Positions 51,480 through 63,615 of a stretch of DNA of 64,000 nucleotides are shown one piece after another (the first letter of the stretch is position 1; every line of letters starts with the position of its first letter). A program made the position numbers and the translations under genes. Source of the DNA: Amphiscolops sp. MND2022 (Eukaryota); NCBI GenBank assembly GCA_964187785.1, contig OZ076413.1, positions 46,626,001-46,690,000 of the forward strand. The letters are read 5' to 3'. Under the pieces are notes generated by a model, which worked only from the letters and a program-made list of their open reading frames with translations, searched no databases and was not told where the DNA came from.

Positions 51480-52480
51480 TAAAAATCCTATAATATTGAT
51501 TGCTTCCAAAAACAAAAGCTCATAACAAGAATTCGCGCTTCAGCGCATAGTTTTTTGTCTACTCTTATAGAACTTGAAATCACTTTGTGTAATTTTGACG
51601 TGTTGAAAGAAACCGCAAGCCGCATGAAAGCTTTTCTTTTCATATTCTTTCAACTTCACGCACGATTGGCCTTGCAAATATCAAAAGTGTTCTGAAGGAT
51701 AGATCTCCCAAAACTAAATTGCTCTCTTGTACATTGTAATCTTTGTTTAAAGACTTACAATGAAAACATTGACCTCCGTGGGATGAAAAGTGAACAATAG
51801 GTACAAAATTGTCTAGCAACTCAATGGTCGAGCATTTGAAAACGCCAAATTAGAAAGGGTCGTTTGAGCAACATATTACCTAATTGATAACCTTTGGCTC
51901 ATTATCTGACAAAGACGTTCTAATAACTCATTAATTGAGATTTGCATCAAACTTAATCACATTTTCTAAATTCGAAAGTGATGGACATTTTTCGAATTCT
52001 GAGTGTCTTGAAAAGTGCTTGTCAAACGGCGAATTTCCGTTTTTTTCTTGATGGCAAATTTTTTGATCAATCAACGTCGTGTAACAAGATTGATTTGACA
52101 AGCTGTACTGAATAAATTGATTGACCGACAAAAAATAGGTGAATTTGACGATTTGAAAAAGAAAGTTTGAGTCCTTTGCTTTGCATTCACTTTTTGAAGT
52201 AAACATCTGCGTAAACGAGAGTTGAAGAAATGCATTCGCTTGAGATCAAAGATCTGCGCATTGGCATTATAAGAAAATCCAATTCGGGGTCGGAGAGAGT
52301 TTTACTTCCAATTGGAAGCCTAACAGACAAAAAGGTTGTTTTAGTGAGTTAGCCAATTCTCTTGAAGTTACTGTCAATTTCTCTCTCCGAATATTGCTCT
52401 TTCGGCTCACGGTTTCCAAAAGCTTCGAGTAATGGAATAATAAAATTACTTCTTCAACGAAAACAATAACACTAAGTAAT
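51480..52480 (-). pseudogene. Possible heavily decayed Penelope-like element, N-terminal ORF region
   Basis: Broken frames give REKLTVTSRELAN, LRRCLLQKVNAKQR, VIRTSLSDNEPKVIN and RVDKK...ILVM, in the order expected for PLE pre-RT motifs (VxNLS...LSxxExxVL, ADKG...VVM). Weak, by-eye similarity only. Confidence 0.35.
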
Positions 52481-53084
52481 TCCAATCAGTCAAACTAACT
52501 AATACTCATCAAGTACTATCTACAATTCTCAGTAAAAGGGTACAACAACAATCGAATCCTCGATTCAGCAAGGTGCGTTAGGCGCAATTCAATTTTGTTG
52601 AAGCTCCAACTTCAACCAAAATCACAAGTCCCGGACTTGTCAGTTAATCTCTTCTGCTGGCGACAACGTAATCTAGAAGTGTCTCTTGTCTCTGCAAGAC
52701 TCAACCTTCTTCTAGCTCTCTTACTCGGTTGAGAAGCGCGAGTGTCTCCGCAAGACTCAACTTAATCCCAGCTTTCTAACTCGGTTCTGTCTATTCAAGT
52801 ATATTGCAATTCCGCCTCAATTTTATTTGTTTATCGCCCGCATTTTTGTTGTACCGATGTCGCTCTTTTATTTGCATGCTTTTGACTTCATGTAGTTTCA
52901 TTCCTTTTTTGGCACAGCAGCGCCCTAGTTATGTTTCGGCCAGACATTTTTCGCCGCCAACGACAAATAATTCAACAATAGTTGTACAAAGTTCACATAT
53001 CAATAATAATTCAAGTCACCCGAGATGTTTCTAATATCGAGACAATCGTTCAATGACCTTCGGTTACATGGTCTACATGCTCTC

Positions 53085-53975
53085 CACGTCTGAGGGTTAC
53101 TTTTCCGTCATTCTGAGTGCGGTGCATTGCGAATTCTCTCGCCTGACTGAATTGCATAAATTATCACACAAACGGCGCTGATTTACATGTTTTTTCATAA
53201 GTTTCTCTATATGTTCATGGGTTGCATCCAGAAAGACCTTGAGGTCCTTTCGTGACCTTGAAGGTATTTGTCCTCATCCGAAGTTGCTACATGCCAAGTT
53301 ATATCGTCCTAGGGTCAATGGTTCCCGAGTTACATGATATGCGTGTAGTTTGTCTACTTAAGGCGGATACCCCCGCATGGGTTACAAATACGGTTTCATT
53401 CACGTTATAAATCGACCACATTCATCATTCCGGTTCGTTTGAGATATAACAAGCCAAGGTCAAACGTCTTTTATTGGTCGGGCCCGCGCGTCCGGTCCCG
53501 CGTGCCTTAAAAAACATTACTCCGCGCGTGGTGGACCGATTAATGTATCTTTCGTGTATATTACTTAGGGTTGCTAGGTGAAAATCTTAGGTAAGTTTCA
53601 TGATCCTCGGGGCAACTGGTGACTATTTACATGACGTTCGCGGTTTATTTATTTAGGGTCCGTGCTGCTCCTACGCGCGTCGTAGTGTTCCGAAATATGC
53701 GCAAGCGGCTTAATATCCTAGAGGCTATCAATTCCATATATAATACGACTTATTCCGTGCTTGGCCGACGAGTTCACAGGGGGGTCGACCTAGTTCACTT
53801 CCGGTGCTAATAGCCCGGGGCTGGGGGGTCCTGGCTCGGTTCCGTTTTCATAGACAAGTAGCATAACAGTTCAGGTATACGTTTGCCAAATTTCAGCCGG
53901 ATCGGTTCAGTAATTCTCCGGGACGGGGGGGTGGCCCAATCTGTCTCAGATCTCTCTTTCGCCTTAAATAAAGAC
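53085..53975. repeat. Unclassified interspersed repeat, family C (copy 2)
   Basis: Homologous to 48360-48915 and extends through CCAAATTTCAGCCGGATCGGTT (about 53886), a word typical of Helitron-derived repeats. Termini not resolved. Confidence 0.65.
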
Positions 53976-54749
53976 TTAGTAAATTTCGCTCTCAGAGTTT
54001 CAACTCTGACTTAGTCGATTCAAATAATTTCATTGTTGACGTCAATTCTATAACTTATAAATTCTACCTAAGAACTTTCGTTTACTAAGTAAATACCTAG
54101 TTTGCCAAATAAGCCATATCGAAGCAGGCTATTGTCAGCCTTTTCAGCTATTTTCACTATTCCGGCGGTCTAAAAACGAGATTAACATAGTTCTGTTTAT
54201 CGTCCGCTTCGCGCAAAAACAATGGGATTTTTATACAAACGCCAAAAACTAAAATTTCCACATGCATCATTCTTCTCAATATCGTTCCAGTAAAAGCAAA
54301 AGCTCCCAGCCCAGAATAGCAGGAATCCCTCGTCAAGGTGTTGCATGTTTTTACATAAAAATAGTTAATTCACTTGGGTATAAATAAATACATTCTTCAT
54401 TGTACAACTACAACACTCCCAATTGAGACGCACAATGGGCATAATTGCTCTTCAAGATTGCAACCCTAGAATATTATAGCCCAAACGGTACTCAGCATCA
54501 AAATATTAAAAGTTTGCCCAACACTATCTTGCAAAACATATGTGTCCAGTAATATAATACAAATTATCCCCTTTGTCAACAATGTGTAGTTCTTTGATTA
54601 GATTGAGATGTTTTCTTAAGTGTCGTATGTCATTGCTTTTCTTTGATATGGAGTGAGGTCTAATTCGATCGACCAAATACAAGATATCATGAATCAACTG
54701 GCCAACGACATTTTTGCTCAATAGTTCTCGCAATAATAGGAAGAGCCCT

Positions 54750-55590
54750 TTCGAGTTCTACCTTGTTTTCCGTTGATGCTCCATTTTTCATCAAAATTCA
54801 AAAACTGCAATGGCGACTCGAATTTGAGTTCTCTGAAGTCTTTACGCACTAATTCCTTGATGAACACTTCATATACGTATTAATGTTTTTACTGGAAAAC
54901 ATTCCTTGCATTGACTCATCCATCATCTCTGTAAAATATATCACGAAGAATTCTTCTTTGACACTGTCGATCTCTGTGATGTTGTTTTGGCTGAACTTCC
55001 GTACATAAGCAGACCATACGTTATTGCCGACTTTGCAATCGAAATTTAAAACATAAGAGGGTATGTTCTGGAAAACAAGTGTCTATGAAGATCATTAAAC
55101 GCAAATTGTTTTTCCACATCATGGTCTTTGTGGTTTCTCAATGTTGGTAGTTTGTCTATGTAAAGTCCAACATAGTTAAGAGATGATTTGTAATTTGGTA
55201 ATTTTTATTTTATCACTATATTTTCGGGTCGACCTCTATCCAACTGAAATGATTCGCTTTGATCAGCGCTTAAACTACGTTTGTTTCAAGTACTCAAACC
55301 ATTTGGTCGCTTTTGTAATGTTCGCGCGGGCGGACGGGAGAATCAATTTTTTCTAGCTTTGATAATCGTAGTATCAATTGCGAACGTTGTTACTTTGCTT
55401 CCAGAGCAAATACTGCTTAGATTTTTTATGTATGAAAGGAACAGAAATAGCCTTAGAACAGATCCTTGAGGAATGTCAAGTTTGACAGCTTTTTCACTCG
55501 ATGACTTATTATCTATGTTAAGATATTACAATCGAATTTGCTCGTAACTTTCCAATAGGTTTAAAACTTTACTCTGAAGTCGTAAGAAAG
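54750..55590 (-). pseudogene. Decayed CR1/L2-type RT fragment
   Basis: The reverse strand gives PQGSVLRLFLFLSYIKNL...VTTFAIDTTII and further downstream similarity to the 15.7-18 kb LINE. Confidence 0.7.
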
Positions 55591-55619
55591 CCTTGTCTAT
55601 TTTTGCGAAAGTGAAAACA

Positions 55620-55816
55620 AATTGGATCATCGTCGGATTCGATCCCAGTAAACTCCTGCTACCCAGCCACGCACGCTAACTACTTTGGAAAGTAACAACT
55701 GTGAGCTCTAAATTAGTGTCTTCAAAAGTGGACAGTTCGGTGTGAGACTGGAAAAAAAAGAGAGAAAAGAATTACCGCATTAGTCGCGTCTTTTTCTCAG
55801 GAAGCGATGGTTGAAA
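55620..55816 (-). mobile_element. Degraded family A-like 5' fragment with tRNA-like module
   Basis: Reverse-strand TAGTTAGCGTGCGTGGC...GCAGGAG...GGGATCGAATCC next to an eroded family A 5' block (TAGTCGCGTC...AAGCG). Confidence 0.45.
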
Positions 55817-57588
55817 ATGAAGTTTATTCCTGCTTAAATTCGACTGACTTTTCGAATGAATCCTTGAAAATCGTAAAGCTCAGGTGCATTTTGATCTTGA
55901 AAGGAGAGTGTTGATACTAGTTAGCTGTTGAGCATTTCCTTCACATCAAATTTGCTTTTGGGCTCTTTGAAACAAGCTTTGAATCACTTTCATTATCGCT
56001 TAACAAACGAAATGAAAGCAAACTGAAATTTTCCCCCTTTTTTGCCGGAACACAAACTCGTTAAACACTACTAATTCATTGCGAAACAGCTCTTTTATGA
56101 CGATTGTAGAAACAATTGTGCTAAACGAAGCTTTGATTGAGTCAATAGAGCAAGCGTTTTTCAATACTTGAATGAAATAAATAATGCTAGCAAAAATACT
56201 TTTCCAATTATTACCACTTGGTTAATGATGCATCAATTTCATCCCCTTATCCAAGCTAAGAGATCGGTCACAGTTTCGCCGCACAAGGACGGTCCCTTGG
56301 GATTCGTGCCTTGTAAGGCTGGTAACATTGCAAAATACATTGGCGGGAACAAATTTGCCGCAAAGAAGAAATGATCCTTGGTGAAAAAAAAAGAAGTTTT
56401 ATGGTTGAAAAAATTTTGTTTTACATCTGCGCAATTTGGTAGCTTGCAGTTTTATTTCTCCCGTGGGAGGCCCCAGGTTCGATTTTAGGACGTGGAATAA
56501 AGCAAGTCGTGTGAGATAATTGGATTAAAGGTAACGGAAAAGTATATTTGCCACTTTTCATTACCCACGTCGAGTAAAAGGTCCGTATAACGGTATAAGG
56601 CTGTCTTGCTTTGAAGGGGTATCGATTAGAGCCCAAATAGAGAATTCGGTTTGCGCGGCAACTTGAAAGACTTCACGCTGACAGGAAAAGGTACACATGA
56701 CATAATTCGAAGTTGTTTGAAGTTGAAGCAAAAAGCAGAAAAATGCAGACATTGTTTTTATTTTGTAAGTACCAAAAATTCACTTAACACTTCTGTTCTA
56801 CTTCCTCTGCAGCAGGAAATAAAAAAGATCGAAAGGAAGCACGTAGGTTGATAACATGATGAAAAGTTATTTAAGTCACTGATTTTAAGCCAATTTTTGT
56901 GAAAATCAAACGAATTCAAGTTTATTCAATTGAAATTTTAAGATCGAAAGAATGATTTTTTGCAACATCATGAGGTAAATAAATAAATAATTATTGAAGA
57001 GTTAGAATAAAAGACTCAAGAATTATAGTTACAATTATAATTCAACATAAATGCGCATCAATTTTTATCAGGCCATGAAATTGACATTTGAAAATATCTC
57101 GAATACTAGACTGTTGTTTTCAATTGGAACGCTCAGCCGTTTACGATTGACCGATTAACAAAAAAATGTTGACCTGCCAAGGTGAACAGAAAAGCAACAA
57201 AGGTCAAATTTCAGAAGCAAAGGAGTAGTTTTGATTTCCAATTTGTCGCAAAGTGGGATACTTTTTGATATTTCTTCTTTAGACCAAATATTCTACTTTG
57301 TTGTAAGCTACTAGTAATATGTACTCAGTTTTTCGTCTTTCAGCCTCTCTAGTTTCTAACATGTTAACTAAATTCAGACACTATTTGGAAAATACAAAAT
57401 AAATGCATCCAAAAATCTTGCAAAATGTTTTTTAATCCATTGAATCAAAAATGGGCATTCATGGCTCTTCAGTGCTTATTCAATCTAATGTATTGCTTAT
57501 CAAACCTCAAACATGTTTAAATATGCACCAATAAATAAATGCATGGACTATTTGATGAATAGATTTGGCTCTCTGTTGGTAGTTATAC

Positions 57589-57670
57589 CCCTCCAGACAT
57601 CCGGACTACAATCTATGTACTCTGGCTGACTGCCAGATACTACTGTGTGGTTTGAATCACTTGCCAACCT
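57589..57670 (-). CDS. Candidate N-terminal exon of the Cys-loop channel gene
   Basis: gtttacag|AGGTTG...TGGAGGG|gtataa. 82 nt, phase 0 to 1, encoding RLASDSNHTVVSGSQPEYIDCSPDVWR. Phase-compatible with the 44354 exon, but with no family motif and a weak donor. Confidence 0.25.
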
Positions 57671-58768
57671 CTGTAAACATTTACAGTTCAAGTGCTTAAA
57701 GTTGGGATTAAAGAAAATACAGAAATACCACATAATCGGCTGATTATTTAACCAATTCTCAGGTTACGCTTTAGGCTCTGAAGACGGTACTTTGAAGTAA
57801 AACTTTCTTGAAGCTACGTAGGTTCATTGATTGAATGGCAAGAAATCGAAGGCCAGAAGCAAGTTTTTGATCAGCCATGCATAGGACAAATCGCTGTGGA
57901 ATTTCAAAAGTTTTGAAACTAATTCCCTCGAAGTTTTCTCATGTTTCAAGCTAATTTTATCAGGATAATCCGGGAAAAGAAGGTTACCTTTAGATCCAGC
58001 CAAACTTACATAAACTCTTTCTTCAAAAATTTGACGGACATTTTTGCTCATATATTGCTACGTAACAAACAAGCAGATCGATTTAGGACTTTTGGAAAGT
58101 TTTGCTTCACGATGCTTAGTTGGAAATGGAAAATGATCTGTTAAGTTTCATAAACTTTTGTAGCTGCTATGCTTCAGTGATAAATGCGTGCAAAAAGGTT
58201 TGGCTTTAAGTTACAGAAAAGAATGGTTTTCAACTCTTTTGCATTCTTTTTTGTGTCCTCAAGGCACATGACAGAAAGCAAACTTTTATGCAAGTGCATC
58301 AGACCTTACCATTGGTTTTTTGTGCTTTGACAACGCTCGAACAGCGGAATATAAATTAACAGTCTCAGCGATAGTTGAGGAAAAATGAGTTCTTTTCAAG
58401 GATCTCGCAAGAATCTTTCAAGATCTTGTAAGATAATGAATTTTCTTACGACTTCTTCATAGAATCGAGCAAAATCCTTACGAGTAATGCATTCCATGTA
58501 AAAATCTTGAAAGATCAATTATATTAGTAGCATATTTGGAACTTGAGTCCAAAACTTACCAAAACGAAAACTTAGCAAAACTCAAGCCCAAAAAATATAT
58601 ACACCTAAGACATTTTACGTCGGAAGGCAAGTATATCACAATCTACGTTTTTCGTCGCAAAACGCATTAGAAACGCAATGGCACTGTCATGTTTATTTTC
58701 GCCGTTCAAACTACGAGCCATACAGACATTGTTAATCAAGTTAACCTGATTCGCAAACTGTTCCCTGT

Positions 58769-59132
58769 GAACTGATAGATGGAAACATTCTTCATTTTCT
58801 CGAGTAAGATATCATATTTAGATTGAAATTTGCTGTAATTCGTTAGCCCTGAACTCAGAATTGGGAAAAAATCAAGCATGCATGTGAACATTAAAATAAT
58901 GAAGTTGTTCGTACAAATTAACAAATGTACCTGTTAACATTATAGTCAACTGCTTGAAACAAATGATATAACATCTTCTTCCATAACCATGTAACATTTA
59001 TTAGCCAAATGTTCCATCCGAACTGATAGATGGAAACATTCTTCATTTTCTCGAGTAAAATGTCATATTTGGATTAAAATTTGTTTTAATTAGCCTTGAA
59101 CTCAGAACTGAACCGAAATCAATCATGCATGA
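58769..59132. repeat. Direct repeat of ~115 bp, 251 bp apart
   Basis: GAACTGATAGATGGAAACATTCTTCATTTTCTCGAGTAA...CATGCATG at 58769-58884 and 59020-59132. Confidence 0.9.
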
Positions 59133-59360
59133 GTGTATCATGAATCGGCTTCTTAATTTCTTGAAATTAGCTACTAGATGTCACATTACAGCATTTACAA
59201 AAGCTGTTTTTCAGTGAACCAAAACAAACCTATAAGTTATTAAATTTGAAATTCATGGTATTATGTCAGACTTGGAAACTTCAAACTTTTATGAACATTT
59301 TATGAGTAAATTATTTGCACGGTGTATTCCAAAAGTTTAAACGGTCCGTACAATTATTTT

Positions 59361-59806
59361 AACAAGCCGTAAGCGGCATAAGTTGGCGCCATATCTAAGG
59401 CTCAAAAATAGCATAAACACTTCGAAGTGTCAAGTATTCTTTTCTACAGTACCCGAAAAACCAAAGAGTTGCACCGAACTGGCGGGCTAAAAAGGGGACC
59501 CTTTCGGGTTTTTTAACATCCTTTCTGTTTCAAAAAAAATTGAAAGGGGGACCCTTAGGATAAATTTTTTTTCAAAAAAAGTCACAATGCCGAAAAAAAC
59601 TAAAAGGGGAGCAATTCAGTCTCGTCAGGTATTGTATGTTACGCTGAAAAAAGAACAACTTCTATAGTTCAAATACCTGAGCCAAATGGTCCAATTTGAC
59701 ACCTCAAATATTCGTAGAACTTTGTAGAACAATTTTGGTTAGTTCGTGTGGATTCAAAAAAAGTCACTATTATGGTCGCGTTCCACTTCATGACGCGCCG
59801 ACTCAA
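59361..59806 (-). mobile_element. Family A Helentron-like element
   Basis: 3' hairpin GCCG-CTTA-CGGC with subTIR at 59361-59391; 5' subTIR GCGCCGACT at 59795-59803. Confidence 0.8.
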
Positions 59807-59834
59807 ACAAAGTCTCTTAAATGATCTAAGTCTA

Positions 59835-60463
59835 TTTTTTTAGTCGGCGCCTTTCCCGTTAAGGAAAAAAGCCCGACTATTACAGTGGCTAGTTTTTTTT
59901 CTTTTTTTCGTCAGACCACAGAGCTCATCGCGTATGTACCACTTTTTACAGAAACTGATAAGACTACTCAGGCCAAGTCAGGCCAATGGAAACTTAGTGC
60001 AAAGGGTTTACGTAACCTTTTTTACGTAACCTACAAAACCGGAAGAGACCAAAGGGTCCCCCCTTTCAGTTTTTTTCGGCACTGTGTGAAATTTTTTACG
60101 AAAGTTTTTTAAGGTCTCAAAAGAGTCCCCCCTTCAAGTTTTTTGATATTTTGTATGTTAATGAATCCCATAAACAGAATGTATGTTAATGAATCCCATA
60201 GGGTCCCCCCTTTTCATTCTTCGGCACTATGCGACATTTTCGAAGTTTTTTTTCAAAAAAAAATTTTCAAAAAAAAAATTCAAATTTTATTTTGTTCCCA
60301 GTCGGGAAACAGTGATTTTCCAGTCACATCGAGCATGAAAGGCACACTTTCGGTGTCTCGAAAGTGTTTTCAAAGCTTTTCATGAATACGTCCTGAGCAT
60401 ATGAAAACTTTGCGCTTCTTGAGCTTTAGATATAGCGCCGACTTTGGACGTTCCCGTCTTGTT
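59835..60463 (+). mobile_element. Family A Helentron-like element (same subfamily as 1279-1703)
   Basis: TTTTTTTAGTCGGCGCC...TTAAGGAAAAAAGCCCGACT 5' end and GCGCCGACTTTGGACGTTCCCGTCTTGTT 3' end. Confidence 0.8.
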
Positions 60464-61297
60464 ACTGAATATCATATCGTAAAAAAATTGATTATCAAGC
60501 TGCTTTTTTACTATTTTTATCATTTTCCAACTTCACACACGCAATTTATGTTTTCTTCCACAGAATCCACCTATCATAAAATGAGGTCCGTAGCAATTAT
60601 ATTTACGAAGATCTTCCAATGTCAAACAACCGAAAATTAGCTTTCAAGCATACTTCTTTTGTAAAGAATTCTTGTTTTTTCAAATTTGCTCCGGAAAACC
60701 CCGAAAATCTTAAAAGGTTTTCATGTTTTGACCACCTTACGCATTTTGAGCAATTTTAGAAAATGTTTCAGAAAATTTCGAACGTTTTGAATTCGATTGT
60801 ATTTGAGGAGGTGGAAATTTCGTAGTCGGAATTTTCATCGTATTGATTAGATTCATCAGCGTTCATGAAACGATACCAGATTAATTTTTCAATTATTCAA
60901 TTTTTAAAGGAAATTTGAAGAACAAGTAGAAGTTAAAAAAATCTAGTCGAAGAAATGATTGCATTCAATCATTACGCTTATTGAGCAACATGTTATTATC
61001 AGTAGTCCTAAACTTTTTTGGCAACCAACTTTCAAAAAATTGATCAAAAATAGCACAAAAAGTTCGAATATGCGTAGACGTAATGTGTTTAAGAAAATCT
61101 GTGATAATGGAAGATTTTATAATAATAGGTAACATTTGGTTGGCGAAACCTTTTCTCTCTCAAAACTATAACTGAAAGTAGTCAAAAATAGCAACAATTG
61201 CACAATTAAAGATACTTATTAAGATAAGCAGACTCAAAAATAAAAATAGACAAGTCCTAATAGATAAGCAAAAATGCGATAACGTTTCATAGAACGC

Positions 61298-61729
61298 AAT
61301 TTCCGACGACGAAATATCCGACGACGAAATATCCGACGACGAAATATCCGACGACGAAATATCCGACCACGAAATATCCGACGACCAAGTATCCGACGAC
61401 GAAATATCCGACGACGAAATATCCGCCGACGAAATATCCGACGACGAAATATCCGACGACGAAATATCCGACGACGAAATATCCGACGATGAAAAATCCG
61501 ACGACGAAAAATCCGACGACGAAAAATCCGACGACGAAATATCCGGATGACGAAATATCCGACGACGAAATATCCGACGACGAAATATCCGACGACGAAA
61601 TATCCGACGACGAAATATCCGACGACGAAATATCAGCCGACGAAATATCCGACGACGAAATATCCGACGACGAAATTTCCGACGAAGTATCCGACGACGA
61701 AATTTCCGACGATGAAATTTCTGGTAACC
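61298..61729. repeat. 15-bp minisatellite (ATATCCGACGACGAA)n, about 28 units
   Basis: Directly visible tandem array ending in GAAATTTCTGGTAACC. Confidence 0.97.
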
Positions 61730-62069
61730 TTCTAAAATAAAAGCGTACTGTAGCTTTCAAGTTTCATGGCGTATCGACTACTATCGAGCTCTAACAAAAT
61801 GTTTTCGCTAATAAAATTCCTGTGGGGATTTATCCAGGTGCTCAGCATTCTTGATCTATTCATGAATACAGAAATTCAATACAAACTTTGCCTTTAAATC
61901 AAGTTTTTCGAGTTGAAATGCTGTCTTTCCCCGCAAAAGTTGCCTTTAAATGTTTTCCTCTCATCCATTTTCAGTCTGTAAAATTGTGTAACTCCCTAGT
62001 TGGCAAAAGTGTCGTTTCAAATTGCGGCTTATCACATTTGAAGAATGTTCTGATATCAGCACATGATTT

Positions 62070-62233
62070 TTGAATCTTTGAGGAGAAGACCTTTGAATCT
62101 TGAACGTAGTATAAAAGTTTTTAGAACTTTTATTGATCATTTCAATTGGACTGAAAAAAAAATAAAAATAGAAAAAAAAGTCGAAAAGCCACTGTTATAC
62201 TCGCGCTGTATTTCATAAAGTGCCGACTAAAAA
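62070..62233 (-). mobile_element. Family A 5' fragment
   Basis: TAGAACTTTT...AAAAGCCACTGTTATACTCGCG...GTGCCGACTAAAAA matches the 5' region of the 33.9, 36.0 and 59.8 kb copies. Confidence 0.6.
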
Positions 62234-62887
62234 CGATAGTTGTGTTATTTGAATCACATGTTTTCACACTTGTTTTCTGTTCTTCATGACACCTTTCCTG
62301 TAACTAAAGCAAACATGCTTGCCTGGTACAAAAATGGAGCATAAGCAATTGCCAAAATTATGAATATTTGATGCGCGAAGGCTGCTTGTTTTTCAAGTCT
62401 AATCTCCTCCCTTCGCGTAATCAATTATCAATGAAGCAATTGATGAAAACATTTCCAAGTACCTCTCGATAAATTATTCACTCAATCAAAACTACTTAGA
62501 AATGATACAAAAAAGAGAACGGATTTTGAACCGATGTCAAAAAATAGGTGTTGATATCAAAAACGTTGTCAGAAAAGATTGAAAACCTTGACAGGCAACT
62601 AAATTCAATTCAGATATTCCAATAACAGGAAATCCTGATGATGCTAAAAATTGAAAAGATGAAATTTTTGTTGAATTTGCTCAAGTTTTTTCCTCGAAAT
62701 ACTCTGTAAAAATTCAATATGGGTGATATACCGGAAATTACAAAGGCTGATACAGTTTTATAATTTTATAAGATAATATTAATTTGATTGAGTGTATATC
62801 ATGGGAACATAAAAAGTATAAATAGATATGGAACTCATTGAGATATGGAACTCAGTGGTACCGCGATTTTTCAGGAATCAAAAACAA

Positions 62888-63615
62888 TGTAACGACCGGC
62901 TAGCGACGCACATCTAGGAAGAGGGACAATGCCTAGGATGGATGCTTAAACAGGAGACCGTTGTCTTACTACATACCTAGACACTAGTTTTTGATCCCAA
63001 AATGGTCTCCAAGGGGGACTTTTCTAACGTCTAAGGAGGTTTCTCTAGTTAGAGCTCCGAAGCGACGCGCCGGCACTCTCAAAGTCCTGACACGCCCCAC
63101 AAGCCTGTAAAAACATTTCTAAGGTTTCTAATGTACTCCTGCGAGTTCCTACATGCTTCCGAGGTCAAAACAGTGATTTAGCTGGAAAACATAATATTTG
63201 GGAAATAAGATATAAAATTACCTAGAAGGTCAAACATCTTCCAAATATTGAAGGGAATTATGAAGATAATAAGGAAAAACGGGGACAAACCCCAATTACT
63301 TTACAGTTTCAAGCCATAATTCGGAATATCCCTCTGGCAATCTTCATCTGAAATTGTTGAATTTCGTAAGAGATGACACAACTTCCCGATAATCGCCATT
63401 CTGACATTCCTCGATCTTCTTGCTCTTTCATCTTTTTCTGCTGTCTCTCCGGCACGTGTTCTCTTTCTTGCTCGCTCTCCGCGTGTTTTCTTTTTTCTTT
63501 CACACTTTTTGTACCTGTCAGGTCGGCCATCTTTTTTCTTCTATTTTGACATCGCATATTTCGAATTTTTCATCGAAATTTTGGTCATGCCGGTGGCAGA
63601 CGATACATCCTCCCC
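62888..63615 (-). mobile_element. 3' LTR (62888-63607) with adjacent polypurine tract
   Basis: TGTAACG...CGATACA ends, homologous to 10748-11466. TCCTCCCC at 63608-63615 reads GGGGAGGA on the minus strand immediately before the LTR. Confidence 0.75.

Noticed and set aside
54524..54733. ILYLVDRIRPH resembling the channel YDxxIRP motif (also YDNVPRP near 9100)
   Set aside because: No convincing splice sites or correct position; the first abuts LINE debris and the second is downstream and ends in a stop.
57778..57812. Hammerhead ribozyme-like CTGAAGA cores here and at about 14258
   Set aside because: The GAAA core and stems I/III cannot be completed; at best degenerate.
61287..61760. 157-aa and overlapping ORFs with EISDD/KYPTT/YFVVG repeats
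   Set aside because: They are translations of a stop-free 15-bp minisatellite, open in several frames.
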